The notes under the pieces were generated by a model. That model was not told the origin of the DNA and made no database searches. It was given only the letters and a program-made list of their open reading frames with translations. This document shows, one piece after another, positions 5,088-5,340 of a DNA stretch of 5,340 nt. The DNA is from a virus (taxonomy: Duplodnaviria > Heunggongvirae > Uroviricota > Caudoviricetes): the IMG/VR virus record IMGVR_UViG_2521172589_000005; one strand, given 5' to 3'. Position 1 is the stretch's first letter; each line of letters opens with the position of its first letter. A program made the translations under genes and the position numbers.

Positions 5088-5255
5088 GGTGCTTGAGGCT
5101 ATCTGCCTCGGGCACGAACACCAACGGCAGGTAGAGAAAAGCCCCAGTTAACATTACGCGTCCTGCAAGACGCTTAACATTAATCTGAGGCCAATTTCAT
5201 GCTAGACACATGTAGGTTAGCCTCTTACGTGCCGAAAGGCAAGGAGAAGCAGGCT
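5088..5255 (+). promoter_or_regulatory. hok mRNA leader with tac-like 5' element and Sok-target region
   Basis: CTTGAGGCTATCTGCCTC (5092-5109) closely resembles the 5' tac element of plasmid R1 hok mRNA (CTTGAGGCTTTCTGCCTC, from memory). TAGCCTCTTAC...GCAAGGAGAAG..GGC.ATGAA upstream of the start likewise parallels the R1 mok/hok initiation region. AAGGAG Shine-Dalgarno at 5241-5246. Confidence 0.55.
5140..5207 (-). ncRNA. Putative Sok-like antisense RNA (boundaries approximate)
   Basis: On the minus strand: -35 TTGCCT (complement of 5237-5242), 17-nt spacer, -10 TAACCT (complement of 5214-5219), the same layout as the R1 sok promoter (TTGCGC-17-TATCCT). Transcript would be antisense to the hok leader. 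The 3' end is not defined; there is a GCGTC/GACGC hairpin near 5157-5172 but no clean U-tract. Confidence 0.4.
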
Positions 5256-5340
5256 ATGAAGCAGCAAAAGGCGATGTTAATCGCCCTGATCGTCATCTGT
5301 TTAACCGTCATAGTGACGGCACTGGTAACGAGGAAAGACC
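5256..5340 (+). CDS. hokD: Hok-family type I toxin, N-terminal 28 codons only (gene runs off the window end)
   Basis: ATG at 5256 with AAGGAG 9 nt upstream. Translation MKQQKAMLIALIVICLTVIVTALVTRKD matches the HokD (RelF)/Gef N-terminus and transmembrane segment as I recall them. Location on the dicC side of a Qin-like prophage fits hokD. Confidence 0.8.
   Translation, partial: MKQQKAMLIALIVICLTVIVTALVTRKD

Noticed and set aside
4791-5154. Minus ORFs 4791..4982 and 4954..5154
   Set aside because: Antisense to the small membrane-protein gene and to the hok promoter and leader; AT-rich region gives open frames by chance.
4650-5255. relBE antitoxin/toxin pair upstream of hok, as in K-12
   Set aside because: No ORFs of RelB/RelE size with ribosome-binding sites are present between the cargo ORFs and hok; here hok has its own promoter and leader.
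5199-5255. Separate mok reading frame overlapping hok
   Set aside because: The upstream ATG at 5199 is in frame with hok, not in an alternative frame, and the +2 frame that is open across the hok start has no initiator. A classical overlapping mok cannot be called; noted as an anomaly instead.

Overview
This window reads as the immunity and early-replication region of a lambdoid, Qin-like prophage from an enterobacterial (E. coli/Shigella-type) genome, followed by small accessory genes and a hok/sok-type toxin locus. Left arm (minus strand): a 135-aa HTH repressor (DicA-like) followed by three tiny tightly packed genes whose sizes (51, 42, 71 aa) and order match ydfA-ydfB-ydfC of the dicB operon; dicF and dicB would lie beyond position 1. 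Right arm (plus strand): a Cro-like 75/76-aa gene (DicC-like), an overlapping YdaT-like gene, a replication initiator with a lambda-O-like N-terminus and DnaT-like C-terminus that carries an iteron array and AT-rich tract inside its own coding sequence, and a 140-aa unknown protein. Downstream (3480-5000) is a cargo region of very small ORFs, including two strongly acidic proteins, a frame-split gene and an AT-rich islet encoding a 59-aa two-helix membrane protein. The window ends in a Hok-family toxin gene (truncated at the edge) with its promoter, a tac-like leader and a probable antisense Sok promoter. All identifications rest on reading the sequence and on recalled family features; no database search was run. 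The least explained, most interesting stretch is 3480-5000.
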